A stretch of 64,000 nucleotides of DNA from Candidatus Kapaibacterium thiocyanatum (GCA_001899175.1 MKVH01000024.1:883127-947126); one strand, 5' to 3'. Counted from the stretch's first letter, positions 34,759 through 44,909 are shown. Notes: generated by a model from the sequence alone, not told the origin. A program made the numbers and translations.

Positions 34759-37242
34759 ATGAAAAAGAAGACCACATCTCAACGGATGACAACCACGGCG
34801 AACATCAACGGCACATCGGCATCGAACGGCAATGGTCATGCACCGGCATGGTCGCGTGAGGACGTACTGAACGACTACCGCATGGCGACGGAAAGCCGCC
34901 ATGCATCGCTGCTCGGCCGACGCGAAGTACTGACGGGCAAGGCCAAGTTCGGCATCTTCGGCGACGGCAAGGAAGTGGCCCAACTGGCCATGGCCCGCGC
35001 CTTCCGCCCCGGCGACTGGCGCTCCGGATACTACCGCGACCAGACCTTCATGTTCGCCACCGGCGAGAGCAGCATCCAGAAGTTCTTCGCCCAGCTCTAT
35101 GCCCATACCGACGTGGTAGCGGAACCTGCCTCCGCGGGACGCTCCATGAACGGTCATTTCGCGACGAGATTCCTCGACGACCAGGGACGCTTCCTCGAAC
35201 AGACGTCCAGAAACAATGTCTCGGCCGACGTTTCGCCGACGGGCTCGCAGATGCCGAGGCTGGTCGGCCTGGCCTATGCATCGCGTCTGTATCGCGATGT
35301 CGACGTTCTGAAGGAGATGAAGGAATTCTCGGCCAACGGCAATGAAGTCGCCTTCGGAACCATCGGCAACGCATCGTGCGCCGAGGGAATGTTCTGGGAA
35401 TCGGTCAATGCCATCGGCGTGCTGAAGTCTCCCGCCATCATCTCGATATGGGATGACGGATACGGTATCTCCGTTCCGAACGACGTCCAGGTCACGAAGA
35501 GCAACGTGGGAGAGCTTCTCTCCGGCTTCCAGCGTGCAGCAGGAACGAAGGACGGATACGACGTCCGTACCGTTCGTGCCTGGGACTATCCGGCACTGAT
35601 GAAGGTCTATGCCGAAGCCGCCGAAACCGCCCGTCGCGAGCATGTTCCGCAGATCGTCCACGTCATCGAGGTGACGCAGCCGCAAGGGCACTCCACGTCG
35701 GGGAGCCACGAGCGTTACAAGTCCCCCGAACGTCTGCAATGGGAGAAGGACTACGACGGCATCGCACGCATGCGTGCATGGATCGTCGAGGAAGGGATGG
35801 CCACGGAAGACGAACTGACGGCCATGGATACCGCCGCCGCGCAGCTCGTGCAGGAGGCGAGACAGGCCGCGTGGGACGCCTACATGAATCCCATCAAACA
35901 GGAGATCGCCGACGTTCGGACCATCCTGGACGCCCTGACCGACGCTCTTGCCGCACAGGGAATGGCCGACGCTTCCGCGGCAGTACACGCGGTATGCAGC
36001 GAGCTGGTCGCCATTCGTGAACCGTTCCGCCGGGACGTGATGGTGGCGACGCATCGTGCGCTGCTGGCTGCACGGATGGCTCCCGCCGCCATACGCGGCC
36101 CCCTGTCGGAATGGCGCCATGCCTACAATGAACGGATCACCCCGTTGTATTCGTCGCATCTCTTCGACGAAACAGGGCGTTCCGCTCTCGACATCGAGGC
36201 CATCGCTCCCGTCATCACGGACGATGCGCAGTCGCTGAACGGTTCGGAAGTCATCAATGCCTGCTTCGACGCCATTCTCGGCCGCGATCCCCGCGTCCTG
36301 ATCTTCGGTGAGGATGCCGGAAAGCTCGGCGACGTGAATCAGGGAACGATCGGTCTGCAGGCCAAGTACGGTGAACTGCGCGTGACCGACACGGGCATCC
36401 GTGAAACCACGATCCTCGGCCAGGCCATCGGCCTCGCCATGCGCGGCCTCCGTCCCATCGCCGAAATCCAGTACCTGGACTACCTCCTGTACGCTCTGCA
36501 ACTGATGAGCGACGACCTCGCCACGGTGCACTGGCGTACGCGCGGCGGACAGCGCGCACCGGTCATCGTACGTACGCGCGGACATCGTCTGGAAGGCGTA
36601 TGGCATTCCGGATCGCCGATGGCAGGCATCATCAATCTCGTCCGCGGTATCCACGTCTGCGTTCCACGGAACTTCGTCCAGGCTGCGGGGATGTACAATA
36701 CGCTGCTCAGGAGCGACGATCCTGCCCTCGTCGTCGAAGTGCTCAACGGCTATCGCCTCAAGGAAAAGCTGCCGACGAACGTCGCCGAATTCACGGTGCC
36801 GCTCGGCGTACCGGACGTCATCCGTGAAGGACGTGATCTCACGATCGTCACCTACGGCGCGAGCTGCCGCGTCGCCCTCGAAGCGGCATCCCTGCTCGAC
36901 CAGGTCGGTATCGACGTCGAAGTCGTCGATGTGCAGACACTGTTGCCGTTCGATACGACCGGCGTCATCCTGCGTTCGCTCGAGAAGACCAACCGGATCC
37001 TCTTCTTCGACGAAGACGTTCCCGGCGGTACCACGGCCTACATGATGCAGCAGGTCATCGAGCGCCTCGGCGGATACCGCCATCTGGATTCCGAACCCCG
37101 CTCCATTTGCGCGCGCCAGCATCGGCCAGCATACGGTACGGACGGAAACTACTGGTCCAAGCCGGAAGCCGAACATGTCTTCGAAGCGGTGTATGCCATG
37201 ATGAACGAGGCAGACCCGAACCGCTATCCGATGTATTACTGA
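34759..37242 (+). CDS. thiamine-diphosphate-dependent 2-oxoacid dehydrogenase E1 component, fused alpha/beta subunits
   Basis: About 828 aa. N-terminal E1-alpha-like TPP-binding region (GIFGDGK..., GNASCAEG), then transketolase-like Pyr and C-terminal domains of E1-beta. ATG at 34759; the ORF track starts at TTG 34750. Confidence 0.85.
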   Translation: MKKKTTSQRMTTTANINGTSASNGNGHAPAWSREDVLNDYRMATESRHASLLGRREVLTGKAKFGIFGDGKEVAQLAMARAFRPGDWRSGYYRDQTFMFATGESSIQKFFAQLYAHTDVVAEPASAGRSMNGHFATRFLDDQGRFLEQTSRNNVSADVSPTGSQMPRLVGLAYASRLYRDVDVLKEMKEFSANGNEVAFGTIGNASCAEGMFWESVNAIGVLKSPAIISIWDDGYGISVPNDVQVTKSNVGELLSGFQRAAGTKDGYDVRTVRAWDYPALMKVYAEAAETARREHVPQIVHVIEVTQPQGHSTSGSHERYKSPERLQWEKDYDGIARMRAWIVEEGMATEDELTAMDTAAAQLVQEARQAAWDAYMNPIKQEIADVRTILDALTDALAAQGMADASAAVHAVCSELVAIREPFRRDVMVATHRALLAARMAPAAIRGPLSEWRHAYNERITPLYSSHLFDETGRSALDIEAIAPVITDDAQSLNGSEVINACFDAILGRDPRVLIFGEDAGKLGDVNQGTIGLQAKYGELRVTDTGIRETTILGQAIGLAMRGLRPIAEIQYLDYLLYALQLMSDDLATVHWRTRGGQRAPVIVRTRGHRLEGVWHSGSPMAGIINLVRGIHVCVPRNFVQAAGMYNTLLRSDDPALVVEVLNGYRLKEKLPTNVAEFTVPLGVPDVIREGRDLTIVTYGASCRVALEAASLLDQVGIDVEVVDVQTLLPFDTTGVILRSLEKTNRILFFDEDVPGGTTAYMMQQVIERLGGYRHLDSEPRSICARQHRPAYGTDGNYWSKPEAEHVFEAVYAMMNEADPNRYPMYY

Positions 37243-37251
37243 GAATCGAAC

Positions 37252-37289
37252 GAGGGGCTGTCGCATCTTTCCGGCAGTCCCTCTTTTTC
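37252..37289 (+). terminator. candidate rho-independent terminator after the fused E1 gene
   Basis: GAGGGGCTG ... CAGTCCCTC stem (9 bp, one G-U) followed by TTTTTC. Confidence 0.45.
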
Positions 37290-37299
37290 ATTCCTCCTC

Positions 37300-37327
37300 T
37301 TGACCCCCGCCCTGGCTGCCCTATATT
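37300..37327 (+). promoter_or_regulatory. candidate promoter for the Rrf2 regulator / cco cluster (TTGACC-16 nt-TATATT)
   Basis: TTGACC at 37300..37305 and TATATT at 37322..37327, about 40 nt upstream of the Rrf2 ATG. Also compatible with a Bacteroidota-type TTG / TAnnTTTG-like -7 element. Confidence 0.3.
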
Positions 37328-37366
37328 CGTATTCAGAGTCCCGAATCCGAATTACTCCCTGTCGCG

Positions 37367-37813
37367 ATGATTCTCTCCAAGTCCTGTATCTACGGCATCC
37401 AGGCCGCCATCTACGTTGCTTCTCAGCGTGGGGAGGACTACGTGGCCATCAGCCGTATCGCGGAGCAACTGAACATCTCGTTCCACTTCCTCACCAAGGT
37501 CCTGCAGCAGGTCACGCAGGCTGGTCTCATGATATCCTATCGCGGTCCCAAAGGAGGCGTGGCCCTCACACGTCCTACGGCCCACATCACCCTCTACGAT
37601 ATCATCTGCGCCATCGACGGGTCGGAAATGTTCACGGAGTGCATGCTGGGCCTTCCCGGATGCGGACATCAGGAACCCTGTCCGGCCCACGAGCACTGGG
37701 TCGAGGTCCGGACGCGCTTCACATCTCTCGCGAGACGTACCACGCTATCCCAGTTGGCCAGCCGGGCCAAGGATCTGAACGTGCGATTGGCGAACGATAG
37801 CGTCAAACCATGA
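37367..37813 (+). CDS. Rrf2-family transcriptional regulator with a three-Cys putative Fe-S site (IscR/NsrR-like)
   Basis: Rrf2 HTH (MILSKSCIYGIQAAIYVA...ISRIAEQLNISFHFLTKVLQQV); C-x6-C-x5-C (CMLGLPGCGHQEPC). Confidence 0.85.
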   Translation: MILSKSCIYGIQAAIYVASQRGEDYVAISRIAEQLNISFHFLTKVLQQVTQAGLMISYRGPKGGVALTRPTAHITLYDIICAIDGSEMFTECMLGLPGCGHQEPCPAHEHWVEVRTRFTSLARRTTLSQLASRAKDLNVRLANDSVKP

Positions 37814-37851
37814 CAAAAATCATGGGATTTCGGACGTAGTGATCCAAAATT

Positions 37852-37863
37852 TGTAGTGCTACA
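37852..37863 (+). promoter_or_regulatory. 12-bp palindrome TGTAGtgCTACA immediately upstream of the ccoI ATG; candidate operator or mRNA hairpin
   Basis: Perfect 5+2+5 inverted repeat ending 3 nt before the ATG at 37866. Confidence 0.25.
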
Positions 37864-37865
37864 TC

Positions 37866-40280
37866 ATGAGCGGACAAATGCCACTGCGGCCGATACCAGG
37901 ATCCGATCGAACGACGACGTGTGCCCACTGCGGCGATCCCTGTTCCACGGAAATCCTGGACGGGGACGAGGCCTTCTGTTGTGCGGGCTGCCGTTCCGTC
38001 TACGCGTTGCTCAGGGACCACGACCTCTGTACGTATTACGACCTGGGGTCGAATCCCGGCATCTCGATGAAGAAGGGTGCCGCACGGACGGACATGGAGG
38101 CCCTGGACGATCCGGCGATATCCCGGACCTTCGTCGAGTACTCCGACCTACGATTCGTACGAGTCCGCTTCACGATTCCCGCCATGCACTGCGCGAGCTG
38201 CGTATGGCTGCTCGAGCGGCTCTCGAGCTTCGACGCCGGGATCGTGCATACCGAAACGGACGTGCTGCGCAAGACCGTGAGGGTCGATTTCGATCCGGCG
38301 GTCACGACACTGCGATCCGTCGCCGAGCTGTTGTCGTCGCTCGGATACGAACCCCTCGTCAAGCCCGTTGCGACGGCCACCGACGGAAGGGAGCGGCGGG
38401 CGATCTATCAGCGTCTGGGCGTCGCGGGGTTCGCCACCGGAAACGTCATGCTGTTCGGTATCGCCCGATACCTTGCAGGTGATGGGCTGTCGTCGTCGCT
38501 CACGACGATGTTCAGCATCTTCGCGGTTCTCCTCTCGATACCTGTTCTGGTCTATTCCGCCGCACCATGGCTCCGTTCGGCATGGGCAGCCATCGGCAGG
38601 CGCACACTGAATCTCGACGTACCCGTCGCCATCGGAATCCTCGTGCTCTTCTTCCGCAGTGTCGCGGACATTGTCACGGGACACGGTGAGGGATTCCTCG
38701 ATTCCTTCAACGGTCTCGTCTTCCTGCTCCTCGTAGGCAGGCTCTTCCAGCAGAAGGCGTTCGATGCGGTCTCGTTCGACAGGACCTATCGCTCGTTCTT
38801 CCCGCTTTCCGTTCGGGTAGAGCGGAATGGCAACACTCCTGCCGTACCTGTCGACGACGTCGTCGTCGGTGACGTCATGGTCGTCCGCAATGGCGAGACG
38901 ATACCGTGTGACGGAACGGTGTTGAGTCCGGTCGGTTATCTCGACTACGGATTCGTGACGGGTGAATCGCTTCCGATCGAATGCACGTCCGGGGCCGCCG
39001 TCTTCGCCGGTGGCAAGGTCGTCGGTACGGCCATCCGGATCGCGGCCACGAACGTCGTATCGCACGGTTACCTGGCATCCTTGTGGGAACGTGCCACGCC
39101 GCGCATCCGGACCAGTTCCTTGCTCACGCTGTCCGATACCTTCGGCAGATGGTTCACGGTCGTCGCCATGCTACTCGCCGCGGGCGGCGCCATCGCGCAG
39201 ATGCCCGACGTCCATATGGCTGTCAACGTCCTGACGGCAGTCCTCATCATCGCGTGTCCGTGCGCGCTCACGCTCGCGACGCCGGTCACGCTGGGCACGG
39301 CGATGGGCAGGCTCGGCGAGCGCGGCATCTATCTCAGATCCGTCGGCGTTCTGCTCGATCTGGATCGCTGCTCGACGATCGTATTCGACAAGACGGGAAC
39401 GCTCACGAAGTCGCTGCACGGGCTTTCCTATGATGGCCGTTCCCTGGCCGATCACGAGTGGATGGCCGTCCGTTCCGTCGCTGCACAGAGTATGCATCCC
39501 GTAAGCCGATCCCTTGCCCAGGTATGGCCGGTCGATGAAACCATATGTGCCACGGCGCATGAGGTGGCGGGCAGGGGAATGACGGGAAGAGCCTATGGTC
39601 ACGACGTCGTCATCGGCTCGTCGACCCTCGTCGAAGAAATGTGTCCGGAAGGGCGCGTGACCGATACGACCGACGGAGCGGCCCACATCGCCGTCGATGG
39701 TTCGTATGCCGGAAGTATCCGGCTCCGCTCCGAATTGCGTGAAGGAATATCGGAGATGATGGGACGACTTCGCGAACGCCATTCCGTACGGTTGCTGTCG
39801 GGGGATGGCCTGCGTGATCGTGCCATGCTCCTGTCCATGTTCGACGACGACGAGATGTCGTTCGGACGGCAGCCCGCCGACAAGGTCGGTCATATCGACG
39901 CATTGCGCGCTTCGGGACACACCGTGCTGATGATCGGTGACGGTCTGAACGATGCGGCCGCCATGTCGGCCGCCGATGCGGCGATCGCCGTGACGGACGA
40001 TACGGCGACGCTCGTGCCCGCCTGCGATGTCATCATGAACGCCTCGGCACTCGGAGAACTTCCCGCCCTGCTGCGGTATGCGCGGCGGATGAAGAACCTC
40101 ATCATCGCGACGTTCTGCGTATCGGTCGTCTATAATGCCGTCGGCCTTTCGCTGGCGCTCGGAGGAATGCTCACGCCGCTTGCGGCGGCCATCCTCATGC
40201 CGGTGAGCTCGTTGACGGTGATCGGTATGAGCGTGGCGGGTGCACGCTGGTATGCGAGGAGGTCGGTATGGACATCATGA
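37866..40280 (+). CDS. ccoI: heavy-metal (copper) translocating P1B-type ATPase, CcoI/FixI-like
   Basis: N-terminal Cys-rich CAHCGDPC...CCAGC, CPC transmembrane motif (IIACPCAL), DKTGTLT phosphorylation site, GDGLNDAAA hinge. Confidence 0.9.
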   Translation: MSGQMPLRPIPGSDRTTTCAHCGDPCSTEILDGDEAFCCAGCRSVYALLRDHDLCTYYDLGSNPGISMKKGAARTDMEALDDPAISRTFVEYSDLRFVRVRFTIPAMHCASCVWLLERLSSFDAGIVHTETDVLRKTVRVDFDPAVTTLRSVAELLSSLGYEPLVKPVATATDGRERRAIYQRLGVAGFATGNVMLFGIARYLAGDGLSSSLTTMFSIFAVLLSIPVLVYSAAPWLRSAWAAIGRRTLNLDVPVAIGILVLFFRSVADIVTGHGEGFLDSFNGLVFLLLVGRLFQQKAFDAVSFDRTYRSFFPLSVRVERNGNTPAVPVDDVVVGDVMVVRNGETIPCDGTVLSPVGYLDYGFVTGESLPIECTSGAAVFAGGKVVGTAIRIAATNVVSHGYLASLWERATPRIRTSSLLTLSDTFGRWFTVVAMLLAAGGAIAQMPDVHMAVNVLTAVLIIACPCALTLATPVTLGTAMGRLGERGIYLRSVGVLLDLDRCSTIVFDKTGTLTKSLHGLSYDGRSLADHEWMAVRSVAAQSMHPVSRSLAQVWPVDETICATAHEVAGRGMTGRAYGHDVVIGSSTLVEEMCPEGRVTDTTDGAAHIAVDGSYAGSIRLRSELREGISEMMGRLRERHSVRLLSGDGLRDRAMLLSMFDDDEMSFGRQPADKVGHIDALRASGHTVLMIGDGLNDAAAMSAADAAIAVTDDTATLVPACDVIMNASALGELPALLRYARRMKNLIIATFCVSVVYNAVGLSLALGGMLTPLAAAILMPVSSLTVIGMSVAGARWYARRSVWTS

Positions 40281-40468
40281 TGCTGCTGGTCCCGTGCAGC
40301 CTGCTCGTCTCGGGCGGCTTCCTGTTCGCCTTCCTATGGGCCACGAGGAGCGGACAGTTCGACGACACGTCGACACCGGCGATACGCATGCTCTTCGACG
40401 AACCTGCGAAGATCGAGAACATTGAAAACGACGAACATCAACGTACAACGAAAGGACTCGATTCATGA
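40268..40468 (+). CDS. ccoS: cbb3-type cytochrome oxidase maturation protein CcoS/FixS
   Basis: 66-aa single-TM protein with the WATRSGQFDD-like CcoS motif; overlaps the ccoI end. Confidence 0.75.
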   Translation: MDIMMLLVPCSLLVSGGFLFAFLWATRSGQFDDTSTPAIRMLFDEPAKIENIENDEHQRTTKGLDS

Positions 40469-42636
40469 ACATGGCACGACCGGAACGGGATGAAGGGCGG
40501 GGACAGGTCGAATCGTTCGCCTACGACAACGCCATCGTGAAGAACTTCGCGATCGCGACGGCGGTATGGGGCGTCATCGGCATGCTCGTGGGTCTCATCA
40601 TCGCCATCAAGCTGTGGGCACCGGACTTCCTCGGCTTCATTCCTCAACTGTCCTACGGACGCCTTCGTCCGTTGCATACGAATGCCGTCATCTTCGCCTT
40701 CGCAGGCAATGCGATCTTCGTCGGAGTCTACTACTCGTTGCAGCGCCTGTGCAAAGCGCGCATGTACAGCGACTTCTTCAGCAGGTTGCATTTCTGGGGA
40801 TGGCAGTTCATCATCGTTCTGGCAGCGGTGACGCTGCCGCTGGGCTTCACGACGAGCAAGGAATACGCCGAACTCGAATGGCCGATCGACATCCTGATCA
40901 CGATCGTGTGGGTGGTGTTCGGATGGAACATGCTCGGTACCATCGCCCGGCGCCGTGAACGGCATATGTACGTGGCCATATGGTTCTACATCGCGACCTT
41001 CCTGACCGTGGCCCTGCTCCACATCGTGAACTCGTTCGAGCTTCCGGTATCCCTGCTGAAGAGCTATTCGGCCTACGCAGGTGTACAGGATGCCCTGGTG
41101 CAGTGGTGGTACGGACACAATGCTGTGGCATTCTTCCTTACCACACCGTTCCTCGGAATCATGTACTACTTCGTTCCGAAGGCGGCCGAACGTCCGGTAT
41201 TCAGCTACCGGTTGTCCATCGTCCACTTCTGGTCGCTCATCTTCATATACATCTGGGCCGGTCCTCACCACCTGCTCTATACTGCATTGCCGGACTGGGC
41301 ACAGTCGCTCGGTACCGTCTTCTCCGTCATGCTCATCGCTCCGTCGTGGGGCGGCATGCTCAACGGTCTCCTGACGCTTCGCGGAGCATGGGACAAGGTC
41401 CGTACGGATCCCGTTCTCAAGTTCATGGTCGTCGGCATCACGGCCTACGGCATGAGCACGTTCGAAGGGCCCATGATGTCGATCAAGGGTGTGAGCGCCA
41501 TCACGCACTATACCGACTACATCATCGGCCACGTCCATCTCGGAGCGCTTGCATGGAACGGCGGCCTGACCTTCGCCATGCTCTACTACATCGTGCCACG
41601 CATCTGGGGTACGAAGCTCTTCTCCGTCAAGCTCGCCAACTGGCACTTCTGGGCCATGACGCTCGGCATCGCCTTCTACGTGATTCCGCTGTACTTCGGT
41701 GGCATCGTACAGTCGCTGATGTGGAAGGACTTCAATCCGGACGGCACGCTCGTCAATCCGAACTTCCTGGAAACGGTGATCCGCATCGTTCCCATGTACG
41801 TCCTGCGCTCGGTGGGTGGGGGGCTCTATCTCCTCGGTACCGGCCTCGGAGTCTACAACCTCTGGAAGACGGCGCGGAGCGGTTCGTTCATCGCCGACGA
41901 GGGAGTACGGGCCGTCCGCGAACCGCGCGTGGACGCGGCCGATGCGAAGCACGACTACTGGCACCGTCTGCTCGAGAAGAAACCCTTCCGGTTCTCGGTT
42001 CTCGTCGTCGTCGTCGTGCTCATCGGCGGTATCGTCGAATACGTTCCGACTGCGTTGATCAGCTCGAACGTGCCTACGATCGCAACGGTGACGCCGTATA
42101 CGCCGCTCGAACTCGAAGGACGCGACCTCTACATCCGTGAAGGATGCGTGGGATGCCATTCGCAGATGATCCGTCCGTTCCGTAGCGAGACGGAACGCTA
42201 CGGACAGTATTCGCAGGCCGGCGAGTTCGTCTACGATCGTCCGTTCCTCTGGGGATCGAAACGAACGGGTCCCGACCTGCATCGTATCGGACGCAAGTAT
42301 CCTGATGCATGGCACTGGAACCACATGAAGGAGCCGGGGTCGACGTCGCCGAAGTCCATCATGCCAGGCTATCCGTGGCTCTATGATGCCAAGCTCGACC
42401 TCGGTCATACCGAGGGCAAGATCATCACGCTACGCAAGCTCGGCGTGCCGTATCCGGAAGGGTACGAGTCGAAGGCGGTGACCGATCTCACCGCGCAGGC
42501 GGCCACGATCGCCGAAGGACTCCGTTCGTCGGGATTCAAGGACGTCTCGGCCGATCGTGAGATCATCGCTCTCATCGCCTATCTGCAGAGACTCGGAACG
42601 GACATCAAGAAACCCGCCGTCGCAATGGAGGAATGA
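40465..42636 (+). CDS. ccoNO: cbb3-type cytochrome c oxidase, fused subunits I and II (CcoN-CcoO)
   Basis: 12-TM haem-copper oxidase core with His ligands (HFWS..., HHLLY, GHVHLGAL), fused to a C-terminal monoheme cytochrome c domain (CVGCHSQ). Confidence 0.9.
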   Translation: MNMARPERDEGRGQVESFAYDNAIVKNFAIATAVWGVIGMLVGLIIAIKLWAPDFLGFIPQLSYGRLRPLHTNAVIFAFAGNAIFVGVYYSLQRLCKARMYSDFFSRLHFWGWQFIIVLAAVTLPLGFTTSKEYAELEWPIDILITIVWVVFGWNMLGTIARRRERHMYVAIWFYIATFLTVALLHIVNSFELPVSLLKSYSAYAGVQDALVQWWYGHNAVAFFLTTPFLGIMYYFVPKAAERPVFSYRLSIVHFWSLIFIYIWAGPHHLLYTALPDWAQSLGTVFSVMLIAPSWGGMLNGLLTLRGAWDKVRTDPVLKFMVVGITAYGMSTFEGPMMSIKGVSAITHYTDYIIGHVHLGALAWNGGLTFAMLYYIVPRIWGTKLFSVKLANWHFWAMTLGIAFYVIPLYFGGIVQSLMWKDFNPDGTLVNPNFLETVIRIVPMYVLRSVGGGLYLLGTGLGVYNLWKTARSGSFIADEGVRAVREPRVDAADAKHDYWHRLLEKKPFRFSVLVVVVVLIGGIVEYVPTALISSNVPTIATVTPYTPLELEGRDLYIREGCVGCHSQMIRPFRSETERYGQYSQAGEFVYDRPFLWGSKRTGPDLHRIGRKYPDAWHWNHMKEPGSTSPKSIMPGYPWLYDAKLDLGHTEGKIITLRKLGVPYPEGYESKAVTDLTAQAATIAEGLRSSGFKDVSADREIIALIAYLQRLGTDIKKPAVAMEE

Positions 42637-42851
42637 TCATGTACAAGAACGTTCTCGAACACATTCCCGGTATCGAATACTATCCGGTACTCGCCCTCGT
42701 CCTGTTCTTCGGCTTCTTCCTCGGTCTCATCGTGTGGTTCTTCCGTACCGACAAGCATCGTATGGAACGGATGTCCGCGTTGCCTCTTGATGACGTCCGT
42801 TTTCCCGCCAACGCACCGGCCCGGCATCACTATCCGAACAGGGAGGTATGA
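42633..42851 (+). CDS. CcoQ/FixQ-like small membrane subunit
   Basis: 72-aa single-TM protein between ccoNO and ccoP; ATGA-type overlaps on both sides. Confidence 0.55.
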   Translation: MIMYKNVLEHIPGIEYYPVLALVLFFGFFLGLIVWFFRTDKHRMERMSALPLDDVRFPANAPARHHYPNREV

Positions 42852-43441
42852 TCATGTCCACGAACGACAAGGACAGACTGCTCGATCACGATGCGGACGG
42901 CATCAAGGAATTCGACAACAATCTGCCGCGATGGTGGCTGTACGGGTTCTACCTGACGATGGTCTTCTCCGTCGTCTACATGGTGAACTATCATGTGCTC
43001 GAGACACCCATGTTCGGGCAGCGCGGGCAGATCGACGAATACGACTCCGAGGTGAAGCACTGGGAAGCGGCCATCGCATCGGCACCGAAGAAAGGTCCGG
43101 TCAAGGCCACGCTGCTGACGGATGCCGCCAGCCTCGAGAAAGGCAAGGCCATCTTCAACGGTACGAACAATCTCTGCTCTACATGCCACAGGGAAGATCT
43201 GGGTGGACAGGTTGGGCCGAATCTTACGGACGACAACTGGATCCACGGTTGCTCGATCGAGGACATCATGAAGAACATCACGACGGGATTCCCCGAAAAG
43301 GGCATGCTGCCGTATGGATCGACGAACCGGTTGTCCGACGACGAGCTGCTTCAGGTCGCCTCCTACGTCATATCCAAGCGCGGTTCCAACCCTCCCGATC
43401 CAAAGCCGGTCGAAGAGGGTAGGGACGTGCCATGTCAGTAA
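42848..43441 (+). CDS. ccoP: cbb3-type cytochrome c oxidase subunit III (CcoP/FixP), monoheme form
   Basis: N-terminal TM with the NLPRWWLYGFY motif typical of CcoP; a single CSTCH haem-binding site. Confidence 0.8.
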   Translation: MIMSTNDKDRLLDHDADGIKEFDNNLPRWWLYGFYLTMVFSVVYMVNYHVLETPMFGQRGQIDEYDSEVKHWEAAIASAPKKGPVKATLLTDAASLEKGKAIFNGTNNLCSTCHREDLGGQVGPNLTDDNWIHGCSIEDIMKNITTGFPEKGMLPYGSTNRLSDDELLQVASYVISKRGSNPPDPKPVEEGRDVPCQ

Positions 43442-43463
43442 GCACTACGAAGAAGCCGTAATC

Positions 43464-44909
43464 ATGTCAATCACCGATGCACCCGTCGAGGATCACGAGC
43501 GGTTCAGGAACGAGCTCGGCAGTATCTACCGTGATGGCCGTCGTAAATGGATCTTCGCGAGGAAGCCGAGCGGACCGTTCTATCGCTGGCGTACGGTGCT
43601 CGGATGGTTGCTGCTGGCCTTCCTCGTCCTGTCCCCGTTCATCGAGGTGAACGGTCATCAGTTCATGCTCTTCGATCTCTTCGAACGACGGTTCGTGATC
43701 CTCGGCATGGTCTTCTGGCCACAGGACATCTGGTTGCTCGTCCTGCTCTTCCTTACGGGCATCGTTTCGCTGGTGTTGTTCACGGCGACGCTCGGACGGA
43801 TCTGGTGTGGCTGGCTGTGCCCGCAGACGATCTTCATGGAGATGGTCTTCAGGAAGATCGAATGGATGATCGACGGCCCGCCTGCGGAGCAGGTGCGGAG
43901 AACGAACGGGCCATGGACGAAGGAGCGCATCCTGCGGACCGTCGCCAAGCAATCCATCTTCTTCGCCATTTCCTTCGGTATCGCCAACGTCTTCCTCGCC
44001 TATCTGATCGGCAGCGATACGCTGTTGTCGTACGTGAGGGAAGGGATCGCTCCTCATCTCGTCGTCTTCCTTCCACTGCTCGCATTCACGGGTGTCTTCT
44101 ACCTGGTCTTCGCGCGGTTCCGTGAGCAGGCCTGTATCATCGTCTGTCCGTACGGACGGTACATGTCGGCCCTGGTCGATGAATCGACCATCGCCATCAC
44201 GTACGATTTCCGTCGAGGCGAGAAGCGGGGCAAGTTCACGAGGGGAGACAAGGAAGCTGCCGCGGCCGGAGAGCCCCGTCCTTCGGGCCTTGGCGACTGC
44301 ATCGACTGCCATCAGTGCGTGACGGTCTGCCCGACGGGCATCGACATCCGGAACGGTATCCAGCTCGAGTGCGTGAACTGCACGGCCTGCATCGATGCCT
44401 GCGATGACGTTATGACGAAGATCGGCCGTCCGAAGGGACTGATCCGCTATGCAAGTGTGAAGTCCATCATCGACGGTGCATCGAACTGGATGACGCCGCG
44501 CATCAAGGCCTATGCCGCCGTGTGGATCGTACTCGTCTCCGTCGTCGCCGTGCTGTTCTTCACGCGACGTGACGTCGACATTCTCGTGTTGCGGCAGGAA
44601 GGAACGACGTGGGTAGCGACATCCCAGGGTGTCGGGAATTTCTATCGTATGGAAGTGATCAACAAGACGAGCGAGCGCCGGACGATATCGATGCGCGTCA
44701 TCGAGCCGGCGAACGTCATCATCAAGCCACTGACGGACATGACGACGATCGGTCCATACGAGGAGCGGAAGGGACGCTTCATGCTCATCGTACCCGATTC
44801 ACTGACGAGTCGCGGTTCGATACCGATCCGTGTGTCCATTCGCGCGAATGACGACGAAGTATGGAATGAGCAGACCTCGTTCCTTGTTTCACGAAACGGG
44901 AGCAGGTGA
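43464..44909 (+). CDS. ccoG: cytochrome c oxidase accessory protein CcoG/FixG (4Fe-4S ferredoxin-type membrane protein)
   Basis: CGWLCPQ, CPYGRYM, CIDCHQCVTVCPTGIDIR and CVNCTACIDACD Fe-S motifs; ATG MSITDAPV at 43464 within ORF 43314..44909. Confidence 0.85.
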   Translation: MSITDAPVEDHERFRNELGSIYRDGRRKWIFARKPSGPFYRWRTVLGWLLLAFLVLSPFIEVNGHQFMLFDLFERRFVILGMVFWPQDIWLLVLLFLTGIVSLVLFTATLGRIWCGWLCPQTIFMEMVFRKIEWMIDGPPAEQVRRTNGPWTKERILRTVAKQSIFFAISFGIANVFLAYLIGSDTLLSYVREGIAPHLVVFLPLLAFTGVFYLVFARFREQACIIVCPYGRYMSALVDESTIAITYDFRRGEKRGKFTRGDKEAAAAGEPRPSGLGDCIDCHQCVTVCPTGIDIRNGIQLECVNCTACIDACDDVMTKIGRPKGLIRYASVKSIIDGASNWMTPRIKAYAAVWIVLVSVVAVLFFTRRDVDILVLRQEGTTWVATSQGVGNFYRMEVINKTSERRTISMRVIEPANVIIKPLTDMTTIGPYEERKGRFMLIVPDSLTSRGSIPIRVSIRANDDEVWNEQTSFLVSRNGSR

